Both the position numbers and the translations under genes were made by a program. From Candidatus Nomurabacteria bacterium (GTDB taxonomy: Bacteria; Patescibacteriota; Minisyncoccia; Phycocordibacterales; UBA9973), in contig JAHFNO010000004.1 of assembly GCA_023267275.1 (NCBI GenBank), forward strand, positions 1 to 63,561: a stretch of 63,561 nucleotides of DNA. Direction: 5' to 3'. Within the stretch, counting starts at the first letter, position 1, and the number at the start of each line of letters is the position of its first letter. Positions 9,217-18,821 of this stretch are shown one piece after another. The notes beneath the pieces are model-generated. The model was not told the origin of the DNA and made no database searches. It saw nothing but the letters and a program-made list of their open reading frames with translations.

Positions 9217-12200
9217 TTTTCCTGGCTACTATTATTTTCTCGACCAACTGAAGTTTCTTTTTGCAAATCTACATCGAGTGCCAATCCGCGGAGGTAGTTC
9301 AACATAACTGAGAATGATGCTGGAGTATTTGGCACTGGAATTTCTTCACCCTTGATGATTGCGTCGAATGCTTGTGAACGTCCGGTGATATCGTCAGATT
9401 TTACCGTGAGCATTTCGCGAAGTGTGTGCGATGCACCGTACCCTTCGAGAGCCCACACTTCCATTTCTCCAAAACGCTGACCTCCACCTTGTGCTTTACC
9501 GCCAAGTGGCTGTTGCGTAATAAGACTGTAGGGACCAATCGAACGCATGTGAATCTTGTCTTCCACCATGTGGTGCAGTTTGAGCATGTACATGATTCCC
9601 ACGGCAACATCTTGTTCAAATTTGTCGCCTGTGCGTCCATCGAAGAGTGGAATCGATCCTGATTCTGGGAATCCAGCAGCTTTGAGTTCAGCTTTTATTT
9701 CGAAATCGCGAGCTCCAGCAAATGGAGGCACGATCGCTTGATAGCCGAGTGTGTTTGCAGCAAGTCCCAAATGCATTTCAAGAATCTGTCCGAGGTTCAT
9801 ACGTGATGGAACTCCGAGTGGTGTAAGGATTACGTCGACAGGTGTACCATCGGCCATGAATGGCATTTCTTCTTGTGGAAGAATTGTTGAAATAACTCCC
9901 TTGTTTCCGTGACGTCCTGCGAGTTTGTCACCCACTGAAACGTTACGAAGCTGAGCGACTTCAATAACCACTTTTTTGATGATTCCACTTTCGAGCTGAT
10001 GACCTTCTGCACGTGAGAAAATCTTCACGCCGATGATACGTCCACGCTTTCCGTGTTCAAGACGCATTGATGTGTCTTTCACATCGCGAGCTTTTTCCGC
10101 AAAGATAGATCGGAGCAAGCGCTCTTCTGGAGTGAGTTCTGTTTCGCCCTTTGGAGTAATCTTACCGACAAGAATATCGTTTTCACGAACTTCAGCACCG
10201 ATACGAATAATTCCTTCTTCATCGAGATCTTTCAATTTTCCTTCACCTACGTTTGGAATATCACGTGTTGTGATTTCGGGTCCGAGTTTTGTATCGCGCA
10301 CGACACAAATAAATTCTTCAACGTGAATAGAAGTAAAGACTGAATCTTTTACGAGACGATCAGAAAGAATAATCGCGTCTTCGTAGTTTGATCCAGCCCA
10401 TGACATAAATGCCACGAGTACGTTTTGTCCGAGTGCAATCTGACCATTGTCTGAACTCGACATGTCAGCGAGGAGCGCACCCTTTTTCACTTCTTGTCCG
10501 ACAGACACCACTGGGCGCTGATGGAATGAAGTAAAGTTGTTTGTACGAGAAAAGTTTACGAGTGGGTAGTCGCGAACACCAGATTTGCCCTTCACCACGA
10601 TGTGCTTTCCATCCATGTGTGTCACTGTTCCCGCTTCTTCGGCAAGAACAAGACGTCCTGAATATGGTGCTGCTTTTTCTTCGATACCTGTTGCCACGAG
10701 TGGCGCATTTGGTACGAGACATGGTGTTGCCTGCTTCTGCATGTTAGATCCCATGAGTGCTCGGTTTGCGTCGTTGTGTTCAAGGAAAGGCACCATCGCT
10801 GTTGCGATTGAGAATGCCTGATATGGAACCACGTCGATAAAGTCTACTTCGTTGCGTGAGATGAGACCTGGCTCTGTTTTGATACGAGCTTCTACTTCTT
10901 CATCTACAAGCACACCCTTTTCATCTACTGGGTTTGCAGCGTGTGCAATGTTGTACTTTTCTTCTTCGAGCGCGTTCAAATATACGATTTCGTTTGTGAC
11001 TTTTCCTTTCGCTACTTTCACGTATGGAGTTTCGATAATACCGAAATCATTGATGCGTGCGTAGATAGAAAGGTGAAGAATAAGGCCGATGTTCGGACCT
11101 TCAGGAGTGTGGATCGGACACACGCGACCGTAGTGAGATGTGTGCACGTCGCGCACTTCAAGACCTGCGCGTTCACGAGTGAGACCGCCGGGACCAAGTG
11201 CTGAAAGAATACGGATGTGTTCGATTTCGGCCAAGAGGTTTTCCTGGTTCATAAACTGCGAGAGCTGGTTCGTAGTGAAAAATTCTTTGATACGAGCCTG
11301 CATTGGACGCTGGTTGATGATTTGGATAGGCAACGCAGCCGCTGTATCTATAGTAGACATACGGTCTTGTACATTGCGCTTGATCTGAGTCATACCTACG
11401 CGAATTTTTTGCGCGAGGAGTTCGCCCACATAACGTACACGACGCTGAGCAAGGTGGTCGATGTCGTCGGCCTTTGCACCAGGAGTGTTTGTAAGTGTAA
11501 CGATATATTTTACAACTTGAATAAGATCAGCTTTTGAAATTGTGCGGCGTTCAAGCTCCTTGTCACTCATGTCGAGATCAAAGCGCTTGTTGAAACGGAA
11601 GCGACCCACTGGAGAAAGGTCATAACGATCTTTTGAAAAGAGCGCAGTGATAAATTCACGTGCGTTTTCTGGAGTTGCAAGGTCGCCATCGCGGAGACGT
11701 TTGTACATTTCCACGTTTGCTTCTGCTGGAGTCTTTGCTGTGTCCTTTGCGAGACAAGTAGCGATTACTGTTGACGTAGCCTCATCATCAGCAAATGCAG
11801 CCTTGATCTCATCGTCTGTAGTCATACCAAAAGCGCGAAGGAGTGAAGTGATTGGGAATTTGCGCTTCTTGTCGATACGAACATAGATAACACCGTCGGT
11901 CTCAGCATCGATTTCAATCCACACTCCACGTGCAGGAATAATCTTTGCACCGAAGTACATTTTTCCTTTGAGTTCGTTTTCTGTAAAGAAGATACCGAAA
12001 CTTCGAGCGAGCTGTGCGACAATAACACGTTCAACACCGTTGATGATGAATGTGCCGTGATTTGTCATCACTGGAATATCAGAAAGGAAAATTTCTTGTT
12101 CCTTTGCTGTTCCGCCAGCGAGCTTGTTTGTAAGTTTTACGTTTACTTTGAGTGGTGCTTCATATGAAAGCTTGTTTTGCTTTGCATAAAATTCATCACA

Positions 12201-12422
12201 CTTCGGTTCACCAAGTGAAAACGAAGTAAACTCAAGCTCGAATTTCTTGCCTGAGTAATCAGAAATAGGAGAAAATTCTTTAAAAATTTCTCCGATACCA
12301 TTTTCTACTAAATCTTTGAACGATCGAATCTGCATTTCAAGCAAATCCGGAAACTCTGCGAGTGACGCCTTGTACTTTTGAAAGTACTTTTTTGGGCGAG
12401 GCCCATTAGCATGAATCGACAT
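9213..12422 (-). CDS. rpoB: RNA polymerase beta subunit (upstream ATG at 12446 lies inside a palindromic element, so 12422 is preferred)
   Basis: GDKLAGRHGNKG, GQRFGEMEVWALE, TPEGPNIGLI. Confidence 0.98.
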   Translation of the reverse strand: MSIHANGPRPKKYFQKYKASLAEFPDLLEMQIRSFKDLVENGIGEIFKEFSPISDYSGKKFELEFTSFSLGEPKCDEFYAKQNKLSYEAPLKVNVKLTNKLAGGTAKEQEIFLSDIPVMTNHGTFIINGVERVIVAQLARSFGIFFTENELKGKMYFGAKIIPARGVWIEIDAETDGVIYVRIDKKRKFPITSLLRAFGMTTDDEIKAAFADDEATSTVIATCLAKDTAKTPAEANVEMYKRLRDGDLATPENAREFITALFSKDRYDLSPVGRFRFNKRFDLDMSDKELERRTISKADLIQVVKYIVTLTNTPGAKADDIDHLAQRRVRYVGELLAQKIRVGMTQIKRNVQDRMSTIDTAAALPIQIINQRPMQARIKEFFTTNQLSQFMNQENLLAEIEHIRILSALGPGGLTRERAGLEVRDVHTSHYGRVCPIHTPEGPNIGLILHLSIYARINDFGIIETPYVKVAKGKVTNEIVYLNALEEEKYNIAHAANPVDEKGVLVDEEVEARIKTEPGLISRNEVDFIDVVPYQAFSIATAMVPFLEHNDANRALMGSNMQKQATPCLVPNAPLVATGIEEKAAPYSGRLVLAEEAGTVTHMDGKHIVVKGKSGVRDYPLVNFSRTNNFTSFHQRPVVSVGQEVKKGALLADMSSSDNGQIALGQNVLVAFMSWAGSNYEDAIILSDRLVKDSVFTSIHVEEFICVVRDTKLGPEITTRDIPNVGEGKLKDLDEEGIIRIGAEVRENDILVGKITPKGETELTPEERLLRSIFAEKARDVKDTSMRLEHGKRGRIIGVKIFSRAEGHQLESGIIKKVVIEVAQLRNVSVGDKLAGRHGNKGVISTILPQEEMPFMADGTPVDVILTPLGVPSRMNLGQILEMHLGLAANTLGYQAIVPPFAGARDFEIKAELKAAGFPESGSIPLFDGRTGDKFEQDVAVGIMYMLKLHHMVEDKIHMRSIGPYSLITQQPLGGKAQGGGQRFGEMEVWALEGYGASHTLREMLTVKSDDITGRSQAFDAIIKGEEIPVPNTPASFSVMLNYLRGLALDVDLQKETSVGRENNSSQEN

Positions 12423-12434
12423 ACCGTTATTTTT

Positions 12435-12559
12435 ATAGAACTCCATATATAGCGCATTTCCTTGTTGCTTCGCTCGTTTGCTCCTGCGATGTATGTTTAT
12501 ACATCTTAGTCACAAGCCTCGCTCGCGCCTCGAACTGCATCTATCTATGAATGTTCTAT
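12435..12559. repeat. ~125-bp imperfect palindromic element in the rpoB leader
   Basis: Ends atagaactccatatatagcgcatttc / gaactgcatctatctatgaatgttctat pair; central gatgtat-gttt-atacatc; related to 18727-18821. Confidence 0.7.
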
Positions 12560-12721
12560 CTAAGTTTACGCAAAACGCAAAAAAGACGAGGCAAACCTTT
12601 CTCCTTCATAGAGCTTGCTTCGACCCATTATTGTTTTGTGCTTACCGTGGCGTGGGGCGCCAGTTATAGCTGCTAAAGGCTACGAATAACAACTAAAACT
12701 CAATCAGTCCGTAGTGAAATC

Positions 12722-12749
12722 AGTTTACTCATTTTTAGCCTTGTGTCAA
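12722..12749 (-). promoter_or_regulatory. Putative rpoBC promoter
   Basis: TTGACA-16 nt-TAAACT on the minus strand upstream of rpoB. Confidence 0.5.
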
Positions 12750-12771
12750 GGGCAGTTTTCCCCTCCTATTG

Positions 12772-12800
12772 TGTCATTCCCGGCTTGACCGGGAATCTAG
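12772..12800. repeat. GTCATTCC-type REP-like hairpin
   Basis: tgtcattcccgg-cttga-ccgggaatctag. Confidence 0.65.
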
Positions 12801-12862
12801 ATTAAAGTACTTGACCTTTTATATTTAAAGTATTATAATGTTAAAAATTAAAAACAGCACGT

Positions 12863-13420
12863 ATGGAAAAACAACCGCTTTCCTGGCTTGAATTTCTGGC
12901 ATATGAAAACAGAATCAATGCCCTCCTGCTTATGATAAAAGATCATATTGCAGGAACTCGAATCACCACGTATTCCCTGTCTAATAATACAATGGCGGAA
13001 TATTGGGCAAAAAACGACCCTGAAGCAATCTACGAAGACATCTACTGTAGTAAAGAAATATTATTTACTACAAAAATAACGTTTGCTTCAGAAAGTTCGA
13101 TGGCAGGTCACATTCTGAAAGATTCATATTTTGAGCTTGGGTTATTTTTAACCGGCGAAATGAACTTTACAGCATTTATTGCGCTTGATGAGCATTATTT
13201 CAAAGCGGAAGAAATAACGAATCAATATATGGAGATGATTACAACAGATCAAGGAGATGTTGAAGTAAGCATACTCAAAGAAGAGAGGAAGGAACTCTTT
13301 AAAGTAATTATTGATGTGTTCGAGATATTACGCGCGACACTTTCAAAAAACTACAAGTTCTACCCTAACGAAGAAAAAATGTATCATATTAAAAAGTATT
13401 TTACAAAAAAAGAACAGTAA
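12863..13420 (+). CDS. Orphan hypothetical protein (AT-rich cassette)
   Basis: 185-aa ORF; TTGACC..TATAAT upstream (12811-12839); terminator downstream. Confidence 0.7.
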   Translation: MEKQPLSWLEFLAYENRINALLLMIKDHIAGTRITTYSLSNNTMAEYWAKNDPEAIYEDIYCSKEILFTTKITFASESSMAGHILKDSYFELGLFLTGEMNFTAFIALDEHYFKAEEITNQYMEMITTDQGDVEVSILKEERKELFKVIIDVFEILRATLSKNYKFYPNEEKMYHIKKYFTKKEQ

Positions 13421-13426
13421 ATCACA

Positions 13427-13462
13427 CTGCCTGAGAAAATAAATTTTCTCAGGCAGTTTTTT
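13427..13462 (+). terminator. Intrinsic terminator
   Basis: ctgcctgagaaaat-aa-attttctcaggcag followed by a T-tract. Confidence 0.8.
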
Positions 13463-13519
13463 AATAAAACGTCGTCAAAGTTTTGTGATGAGGTTTTACA
13501 AATTTAGCTGCCTTAGCCT

Positions 13520-14272
13520 CTAGCCATTTAAATATTCCTCAACAAATTTTCCAATCAGGCCATCAACTTCCTGAATCACTTCCGAATAATAACGATAGTC
13601 ATGTGTCGAATTCAATTCTTTTACAAATTTGGGTTCAGGAATTTCACTGCAAATTTTTTCAGCTTCTTCTGAAGTCATAAACTCATCTTTATTTCCATAC
13701 AAAATCATTTTTGGTTTTGTAAGACTTTTCGCAGCGGAAGCAGGATTATATTTTTCACCATCTTCAAAATAACTCATAGGTAAATTAAATACTTTCTGTT
13801 CAATTGTTTTACTTGTTCCAGGAGGAAGGTCGCGATTTGAAATTTTATATCCTTTTTCTCTCGACTTCTGGTCTGGTGGAGTTGGTGCGCCAAGATTTGG
13901 CAATAAACCTACAACTCCTATTACATTTAGATTTTCATTCGCAACAAAAAATGACACAGCTGCGCCTCTACTGTGTCCAACAAGAAGCGTTGGTTTGTTG
14001 CCAAAATATTCAATCAGTTCATGTACTGATTGAATATAATTTGTGGTTGTAAATAATTCTATTCCACCTGGACTCTCCCATGTTCCTGGTGGATCAAATA
14101 CAATCGCAAGAAAACCTTTTTTCGCAAGGCTTGCCATATGCACATGAAAATTCGCATAGTCCTTTGTATCTAATCTTCCAGGGCAAAGTATTGCAAGTCT
14201 CTCAGCATTTTCATCGCCTTCGACAAGGATAGCTAATTCAAAAGATTTAGTAGTAATAATTTTTTTAATCAT
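13520..14272 (-). CDS. Alpha/beta-fold hydrolase
   Basis: GHSRG nucleophile elbow, YGNKDEF acid, C-terminal His (STHDY). Confidence 0.85.
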   Translation of the reverse strand: MIKKIITTKSFELAILVEGDENAERLAILCPGRLDTKDYANFHVHMASLAKKGFLAIVFDPPGTWESPGGIELFTTTNYIQSVHELIEYFGNKPTLLVGHSRGAAVSFFVANENLNVIGVVGLLPNLGAPTPPDQKSREKGYKISNRDLPPGTSKTIEQKVFNLPMSYFEDGEKYNPASAAKSLTKPKMILYGNKDEFMTSEEAEKICSEIPEPKFVKELNSTHDYRYYSEVIQEVDGLIGKFVEEYLNG

Positions 14273-14273
14273 C

Positions 14274-14510
14274 TTATGGATTTACTGTTGATAAATTATC
14301 CAGAGCTTCTCCCATTTCGTCATAACTAGACCAAGCTTGTGATTGAGCATCTTCAATATTTTGGTTTGCTTGATTTAATGAATCAACATAGCTAGATAAA
14401 GAATATTGTAATACTTCATTCTTTTTTTCTAGTTTTTTGTATTTGAACCAACCAAAAACAACAATCAATACAAGAACAAAAACAATATACTTATAATTTT
14501 CGTTTTCCAT
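14274..14510 (-). CDS. Small membrane-anchored hypothetical protein
   Basis: TM helix followed by a coiled segment; abuts the hydrolase start. Confidence 0.55.
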   Translation of the reverse strand: MENENYKYIVFVLVLIVVFGWFKYKKLEKKNEVLQYSLSSYVDSLNQANQNIEDAQSQAWSSYDEMGEALDNLSTVNP

Positions 14511-14664
14511 AAAAATATATAGTTAAAATTGTTGCAGCGATAACATACAATGGCACATTATCACTATCTGCTTGAAAAAAATCTTGAAAAAGAAAAACAT
14601 AGAGAATAATGACACAGATAGTTAATCCAAGATTAATTCCAATTTTTTTAAATATTTCTTTCAT
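14491..14664 (-). CDS. 57-aa two-TM protein (below the ORF-track cutoff); may be frameshift-fused to 14274-14510
   Basis: Manual translation MKEIFKKIGINLGLTICVIILYVFLFQDFF..ATILTIYFYGKRKL. Confidence 0.4.
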   Translation of the reverse strand: MKEIFKKIGINLGLTICVIILYVFLFQDFFQADSDNVPLYVIAATILTIYFYGKRKL

Positions 14665-14694
14665 ATAAATATATAAAATTAAAAATAATTTTTT

Positions 14695-14944
14695 CTACCA
14701 CTTATACGGATTCACATACCCTTTCTTTCCATTGTAAGGGTTGTAGTTTCCTTTTGTTGAATAGTTGTCGAGCCTTGTGTGATTCGGAGTCGATTTGTAG
14801 TATGGCTGTACATATGTACCACGCTTTGTCGTGTAGCCACTCACGCGAGTAGATGCATCAACACTGTGCGCGCCAAGTCCCACCTCTCCCAAAACCAATC
14901 CAAAATAGGATTCCCGCAAAAATCTTTTTTCCAGTAAATAGCAT
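14695..14944 (-). pseudogene. Small secreted basic protein (VSGYTTKRGTYVQPY..NYSTKGNYNPY family) with a +1 frameshift in its signal peptide
   Basis: ATG at 14944 gives MLFTGKKIFAGILF; removing one T of the run at 14902-14905 joins it to GLVLGEVGLGAHSVDA. Confidence 0.55.
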
Positions 14945-14990
14945 GCCCAAATAGTACTCCTCCACCACCAAAACGCAACTCGTTCCTCCT

Positions 14991-15026
14991 TTACTTTTTA
15001 TTCCACGACCGTTGTATAAAAAGTAA
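14991..15026. repeat. 36-bp palindrome of the PaaX-associated family
   Basis: ttactttttattccacgaccgttgtataaaaagtaa; same length, outer arms and CGACCG centre as 51070-51105. Confidence 0.65.
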
Positions 15027-15030
15027 GTTG

Positions 15031-15057
15031 TTTCCGCTGGGTCTTGCCTAGCGGAAA
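15031..15057. repeat. REP singlet (GG-TCTTG-CC loop)
   Basis: tttccgctgggtcttgcctagcggaaa. Confidence 0.7.
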
Positions 15058-15115
15058 GATCGAAACTTTACAAGCCATCAAATAGTGATATATTCAAGAA
15101 AAACCAAACATTGTT

Positions 15116-15661
15116 ATGGTGTACTTAGAAAAAATTTTTACGGACAAGAACTTGGATATACCAGCATCAAACTGGACCGAGTCGATAGAGATGCTCCTAA
15201 AAGCAAATCTGTATTTTTTAGAAGTTGTATGGGATGAACACTACTCGCTTGATAAGTGGCAAAAGCAGAGAGTAGAGACTTCAGAAGCGAGAGCGGATTT
15301 AATCTGCAATACCCCAGGGGAAGAAATCAAAGTGGCATACCCAGATTTTCTACCGGATGATGAAAAGAAATTTTTCAAAAGTATGAATTATGTATTTTCA
15401 CTCATTTTAAAACACACGGATCTATTTCAGACATGTATGTACGGTAATAGCGCTAATGAAAAAATCTGGCCAATCATTCCATTTATTGATCCAATCATGG
15501 GTAAATCAGTTGCTTTATTTAGTAAATGGCATTCAAAAAGACAGATATCATTTGTGTCATACGAAGAATTAAAAACCTGGGACACAAAAATATATACACG
15601 AAAAGAAAATGAGAAGTCTTCATTCTGTGATCGGTATGTACTCTTTACTCCGGCAAATTGA
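15116..15661 (+). CDS. Orphan hypothetical protein flanked by REP singlets
   Basis: 181-aa ORF; terminator aaaagtagatac-tgag-gtatctacttttt follows. Confidence 0.65.
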   Translation: MVYLEKIFTDKNLDIPASNWTESIEMLLKANLYFLEVVWDEHYSLDKWQKQRVETSEARADLICNTPGEEIKVAYPDFLPDDEKKFFKSMNYVFSLILKHTDLFQTCMYGNSANEKIWPIIPFIDPIMGKSVALFSKWHSKRQISFVSYEELKTWDTKIYTRKENEKSSFCDRYVLFTPAN

Positions 15662-15714
15662 ATAGAAATAATTTAAAAGTAGATACTGAGGTATCTACTT
15701 TTTCTTTTATTACA

Positions 15715-15741
15715 TTTCCACTAGGTCTTGTTTAGCGGAAA
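15715..15741. repeat. REP singlet, degenerate direct repeat of 15031-15057
   Basis: tttccactaggtcttgtttagcggaaa. Confidence 0.65.
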
Positions 15742-15769
15742 CATTTGATGCAACTAGATGATTTTTGAA

Positions 15770-15808
15770 CTACAAGGTCTTGCCTTGTAACAAGGCAAGA
15801 CCTTGTAG
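15770..15808. repeat. REP doublet (REPIN-like) matching those flanking the RAYT gene
   Basis: ctacaaggtcttgccttgt-a-acaaggcaagaccttgtag. Confidence 0.9.
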
Positions 15809-15965
15809 ATTCTCCCTGTGGTCCAACCCCTCCACTTTAGTTGAGTAAAGCAACCTTATTCCCAGGCTTTTTTCATTCATTGACAGAGTGATTTAAAAGT
15901 GATATAATGCTGGCAAATTTCACATTCACTCACGTGCCCTAGAAAGCACCTTAAAAACACAAAAA

Positions 15966-16199
15966 ATGAAGAAAGTATTCGTTTCGATTGCGATCGCAGC
16001 TTCGGCTCTCGCCTTCACAAGTTGCAACAGTAAAATTCAAAAGTATGGCGGATCTCACAACAGCGCTCCTCCATACAACACAGACTCTGTTAAAGTAACA
16101 AAGAAAGCTGAGTCAAAAGATACAGTATTAAAAAAAATCCCGGCCAGCGAAAAAAATACAATCAAGAAAATTTCTCCGGAAATAAATGGTAAAGGGTAA
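15966..16199 (+). CDS. Small putative lipoprotein
   Basis: MKK+hydrophobic+FTSC lipobox-like; TTGACA..TATAAT upstream; terminator downstream. Confidence 0.65.
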   Translation: MKKVFVSIAIAASALAFTSCNSKIQKYGGSHNSAPPYNTDSVKVTKKAESKDTVLKKIPASEKNTIKKISPEINGKG

Positions 16200-16259
16200 G
16201 AAGTATAGCTTCAAAATAGAAAAGCGGTTGTGATACATCACAACCGCTTTTATTATTGC

Positions 16260-16622
16260 TTATTTTTTATTCTTCATTAGAAATTGGTACTCGGTACCGA
16301 TTTTCCAGGCCGTGCCATTGTCGTGGTCGTGAGTGATGTTGAGTAAAATATAATCAACACCAAACTCTTCTCCTTTTCTGTTGAGGTTCTCAACAAGTTC
16401 CTTGAACGTTTTTTTATGAACTTCATCCTTGCTCAAATGGATATTTTCGTGAGAAATATATCCGTGTGTCTTACTCTCTAAATGACACTGCATACTGTAC
16501 TGAACAGTGTCGCAAACTGAAACCGTCTCTTCAGTCTCAGCGAATTTTGCATTTTCATAATCCGGAGTCATTACTTTGTACGCTCCGTTTTTTCCCATAA
16601 AAAGAATCGTTGGTGTGCTCAT
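16260..16622 (-). CDS. Hypothetical protein separated from its apparent promoter by IS30
   Basis: ATG at 16622 (MSTPTILF); IS end begins a few bp upstream. Confidence 0.6.
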   Translation of the reverse strand: MSTPTILFMGKNGAYKVMTPDYENAKFAETEETVSVCDTVQYSMQCHLESKTHGYISHENIHLSKDEVHKKTFKELVENLNRKGEEFGVDYILLNITHDHDNGTAWKIGTEYQFLMKNKK

Positions 16623-16627
16623 AGTCC

Positions 16628-17684
16628 CAAATTCGCATCTGAATCCGAACACTTGTAGAGTAGAAGAATGAAAAAAACAAAAAGTTTTCGCATCTTTCCA
16701 AAAGCGAAAGAAGCGAGATATTTTTGTTAAAAGAAAAAGGATATTCCCTGCGAGGTATCACAAAAGCACTGGGGAGAAGCGTCTCCTCCATCAGTGACGA
16801 ACTGAAACGGAACGTTGTCGACGGAGAATACGATGCGAAGAAAGCAAACCACAAAGCGTACGTCCGAAGAAAAGAAAGCAAATATCAAGGGATGAGAGTC
16901 GTAAGTGATGACAAATTGAGAAAATTCGTGGAAGAAAAACTGCTCGACGATCAATCACCGAGTGCGATTGCCGGAAGAATCAGTAATCAAGAATCGTTCG
17001 CTGTTGCTGTCTCAAAAGACAGCATATACCGGTACATCAAAAACGTACACGGACGGAAGATCGAGGCATATCGGCAGAAAAAGAAACAAAGGAGAAGAAA
17101 ACGAATCGTCATTCATCCAACGTTACTTGACCGTGTCTTCATCGACAAAAGACCCATATATATCAATATGAGGAAACGATTTGGCGATATGGAAGCGGAC
17201 TTCATTGTTTCAGGAAAAGGTGGCAGTGGAATACTGCTGGTTGTTGTTGATCGGAAAAGTCGGATGGTATTTCTGGTACTGCTGCGAGTTGTGAATATCC
17301 AAAACGTACACGATGCACTGCTTGCCATACAGAAAAAATATCCACTCATGAAAAGCATCACGCTCGACAATGATATCTTGTTTCGAAAACACAAAGAGCT
17401 CGAATCCCTTCTTGGTGTTCCTTTGTATTTCTGTCATCCCTACCACTCTTGGGAAAAAGGTACTGTTGAGAATGCCAACAAATACATTCGTCGAGATATT
17501 CCTAAAGGTCGAGACCTTTCCAAGTATACCGACGAATATATTCAATCACTGGAAGACAAACTGAATCGACGATCAATGAAATGCTTGAACTACAAGACTC
17601 CGACAGAGGTACTAAACGAGTATTTGAAACAAAAAAATTCCCTGAATGGGAAATTGTAGGTGTTCGGATTGAGCCCGTCCGCTA
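16628..17684 (+). mobile_element. IS30-family insertion sequence (ends approximate)
   Basis: IR core aatccgaacac (16642-16652) / gtgttcggatt (17660-17670) enclosing the transposase. Confidence 0.8.
16668..17659 (+). CDS. IS30-family DDE transposase; ATG at 16668 is out of frame with the main ORF (alternative TTG start at 16724)
   Basis: HTH (LGRSVSSISDELKRN), GDMEADFI, SITLDND, CHPYHSWEKGTVENAN, LNRRSMKCLNYKTP. Confidence 0.88.
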
Positions 17685-17703
17685 GGAGTTTATCGTTTTC
17701 TTC

Positions 17704-17731
17704 AGACTACCCGGTTTCGATTTATTGTCAA
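17704..17731 (-). promoter_or_regulatory. Putative promoter, probably the original promoter of ORF 16260-16622
   Basis: TTGACA-16 nt-TAGTCT on the minus strand immediately after the terminator at 17739-17775. Confidence 0.5.
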
Positions 17732-17775
17732 ATAACAAATCCCGGTCTCGCGATATTCGCGAACCGGGATTTTTA

Positions 17776-18321
17776 TTATACTTTTTCATAAAAGACTTTT
17801 CGTGGAAGCGGGTACACAAAATGAGAAAGTTCTACTTCAAACGTTTCCGCAAGATGCAGATATGCTCCCCAGATACAGCCACTTATCCCTTTCTTCTCGC
17901 GAATAAATAAATACAATCCAGAAAGAATTATTTTTCGCACACCGAGTCTTGCAAGCAATCGTCTTGTTTCCAGCCAGCCAATGAGCGGTTCAGGATCGTC
18001 ATACTCTGTTTCGCAAAGAAAGATATCTCGCGTGAACTGCAATCTATTGATACAGGTGTGCAAAACATCAGTCTCACCTTGATCTTCAAAAATAATAACT
18101 GGTGTTTTCTTTGTGACAGGAGCAGTGATCACGCGCTCGAGCAAATCAATCGGTTTTTGACCAACTTCGGAAAGACCAAAACAGCTTCCGGAAAGTGGCG
18201 TTGCAGTGGGATGAATAAATATCCGAACACACCCATTGCTTTCCTTTAATGATTCCTTGAAAGACTGTAACCCTAATTCGTTGTTTACAATATTTTCAAA
18301 AGTAATAAGGCGTTTCTGCAT
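17776..18321 (-). CDS. Orphan hypothetical protein
   Basis: 181-aa ORF with upstream TTGACT and a downstream terminator. Confidence 0.6.
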   Translation of the reverse strand: MQKRLITFENIVNNELGLQSFKESLKESNGCVRIFIHPTATPLSGSCFGLSEVGQKPIDLLERVITAPVTKKTPVIIFEDQGETDVLHTCINRLQFTRDIFLCETEYDDPEPLIGWLETRRLLARLGVRKIILSGLYLFIREKKGISGCIWGAYLHLAETFEVELSHFVYPLPRKVFYEKV

Positions 18322-18420
18322 GTTGTGAAGTTTTTCTCAGATTACTTAAATACCAATCAAAGTCAACTCAAAAGCCGCCCGGCATAGCCGGGCGGCTTTT
18401 GTGTTTGTGTATTTCACTAC

Positions 18421-18452
18421 CCCTTAAACCCTATTCCCTACACCCTATCCTT
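18421..18452. repeat. Heptamer array (CCCTAnn) abutting the SWIB gene stop
   Basis: cccttaaaccctattccctacaccctatcc. Confidence 0.6.
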
Positions 18453-18708
18453 ATGAAAGGTGTGCTGAAACGAGCTTTGTCATTTCAAACATACTTACTT
18501 CTTTCTTTCCGCCAAATACTGGGAGAAGCAAGGCATCGGCAATGATATTGCGCTTGTTCTTAGGATTCTGAAGATTATGCTTCTTGATGTATACCCAGAT
18601 GCCCTTTACAACTTCACTACGAGGCATTGGTCCTTTTCCAACCACTGCTTCGAGTTCTGCACTCAACTTCATTGGCTTCATAAATGCTGATGTCTTTTTG
18701 TCTGCCAT
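18451..18708 (-). CDS. SWIB/MDM2-domain protein
   Basis: LSAELEAVVG..PRSEVVKGIWVYIKKHNLQNPKNKRNIIAD..VSMFEMTKLVSAHL. Confidence 0.92.
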   Translation of the reverse strand: MADKKTSAFMKPMKLSAELEAVVGKGPMPRSEVVKGIWVYIKKHNLQNPKNKRNIIADALLLPVFGGKKEVSMFEMTKLVSAHLS

Positions 18709-18726
18709 ATAATTTTCTACAGTTAA

Positions 18727-18821
18727 ATAAGATTGTAGAGATAAATGCAGTTCGAACAATAGAGCAACTCCTCCAAGAGTCATTCTGCTGAATGAGAAAT
18801 GCGTTAGCTATGCAATCTTAT
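18727..18821. repeat. Palindromic element related to 12435-12559, carrying a nested 26-nt hairpin (18771-18796)
   Basis: ataagattg..gataaatgcagttcga / gaaatgcgttagctatgcaatcttat. Confidence 0.6.

Noticed and set aside
5438..12037. Many plus-strand and alternate-frame ORFs over rpoC/rpoB (and similarly over other core genes)
   Set aside because: Shadow ORFs of long conserved genes with no recognisable motifs.
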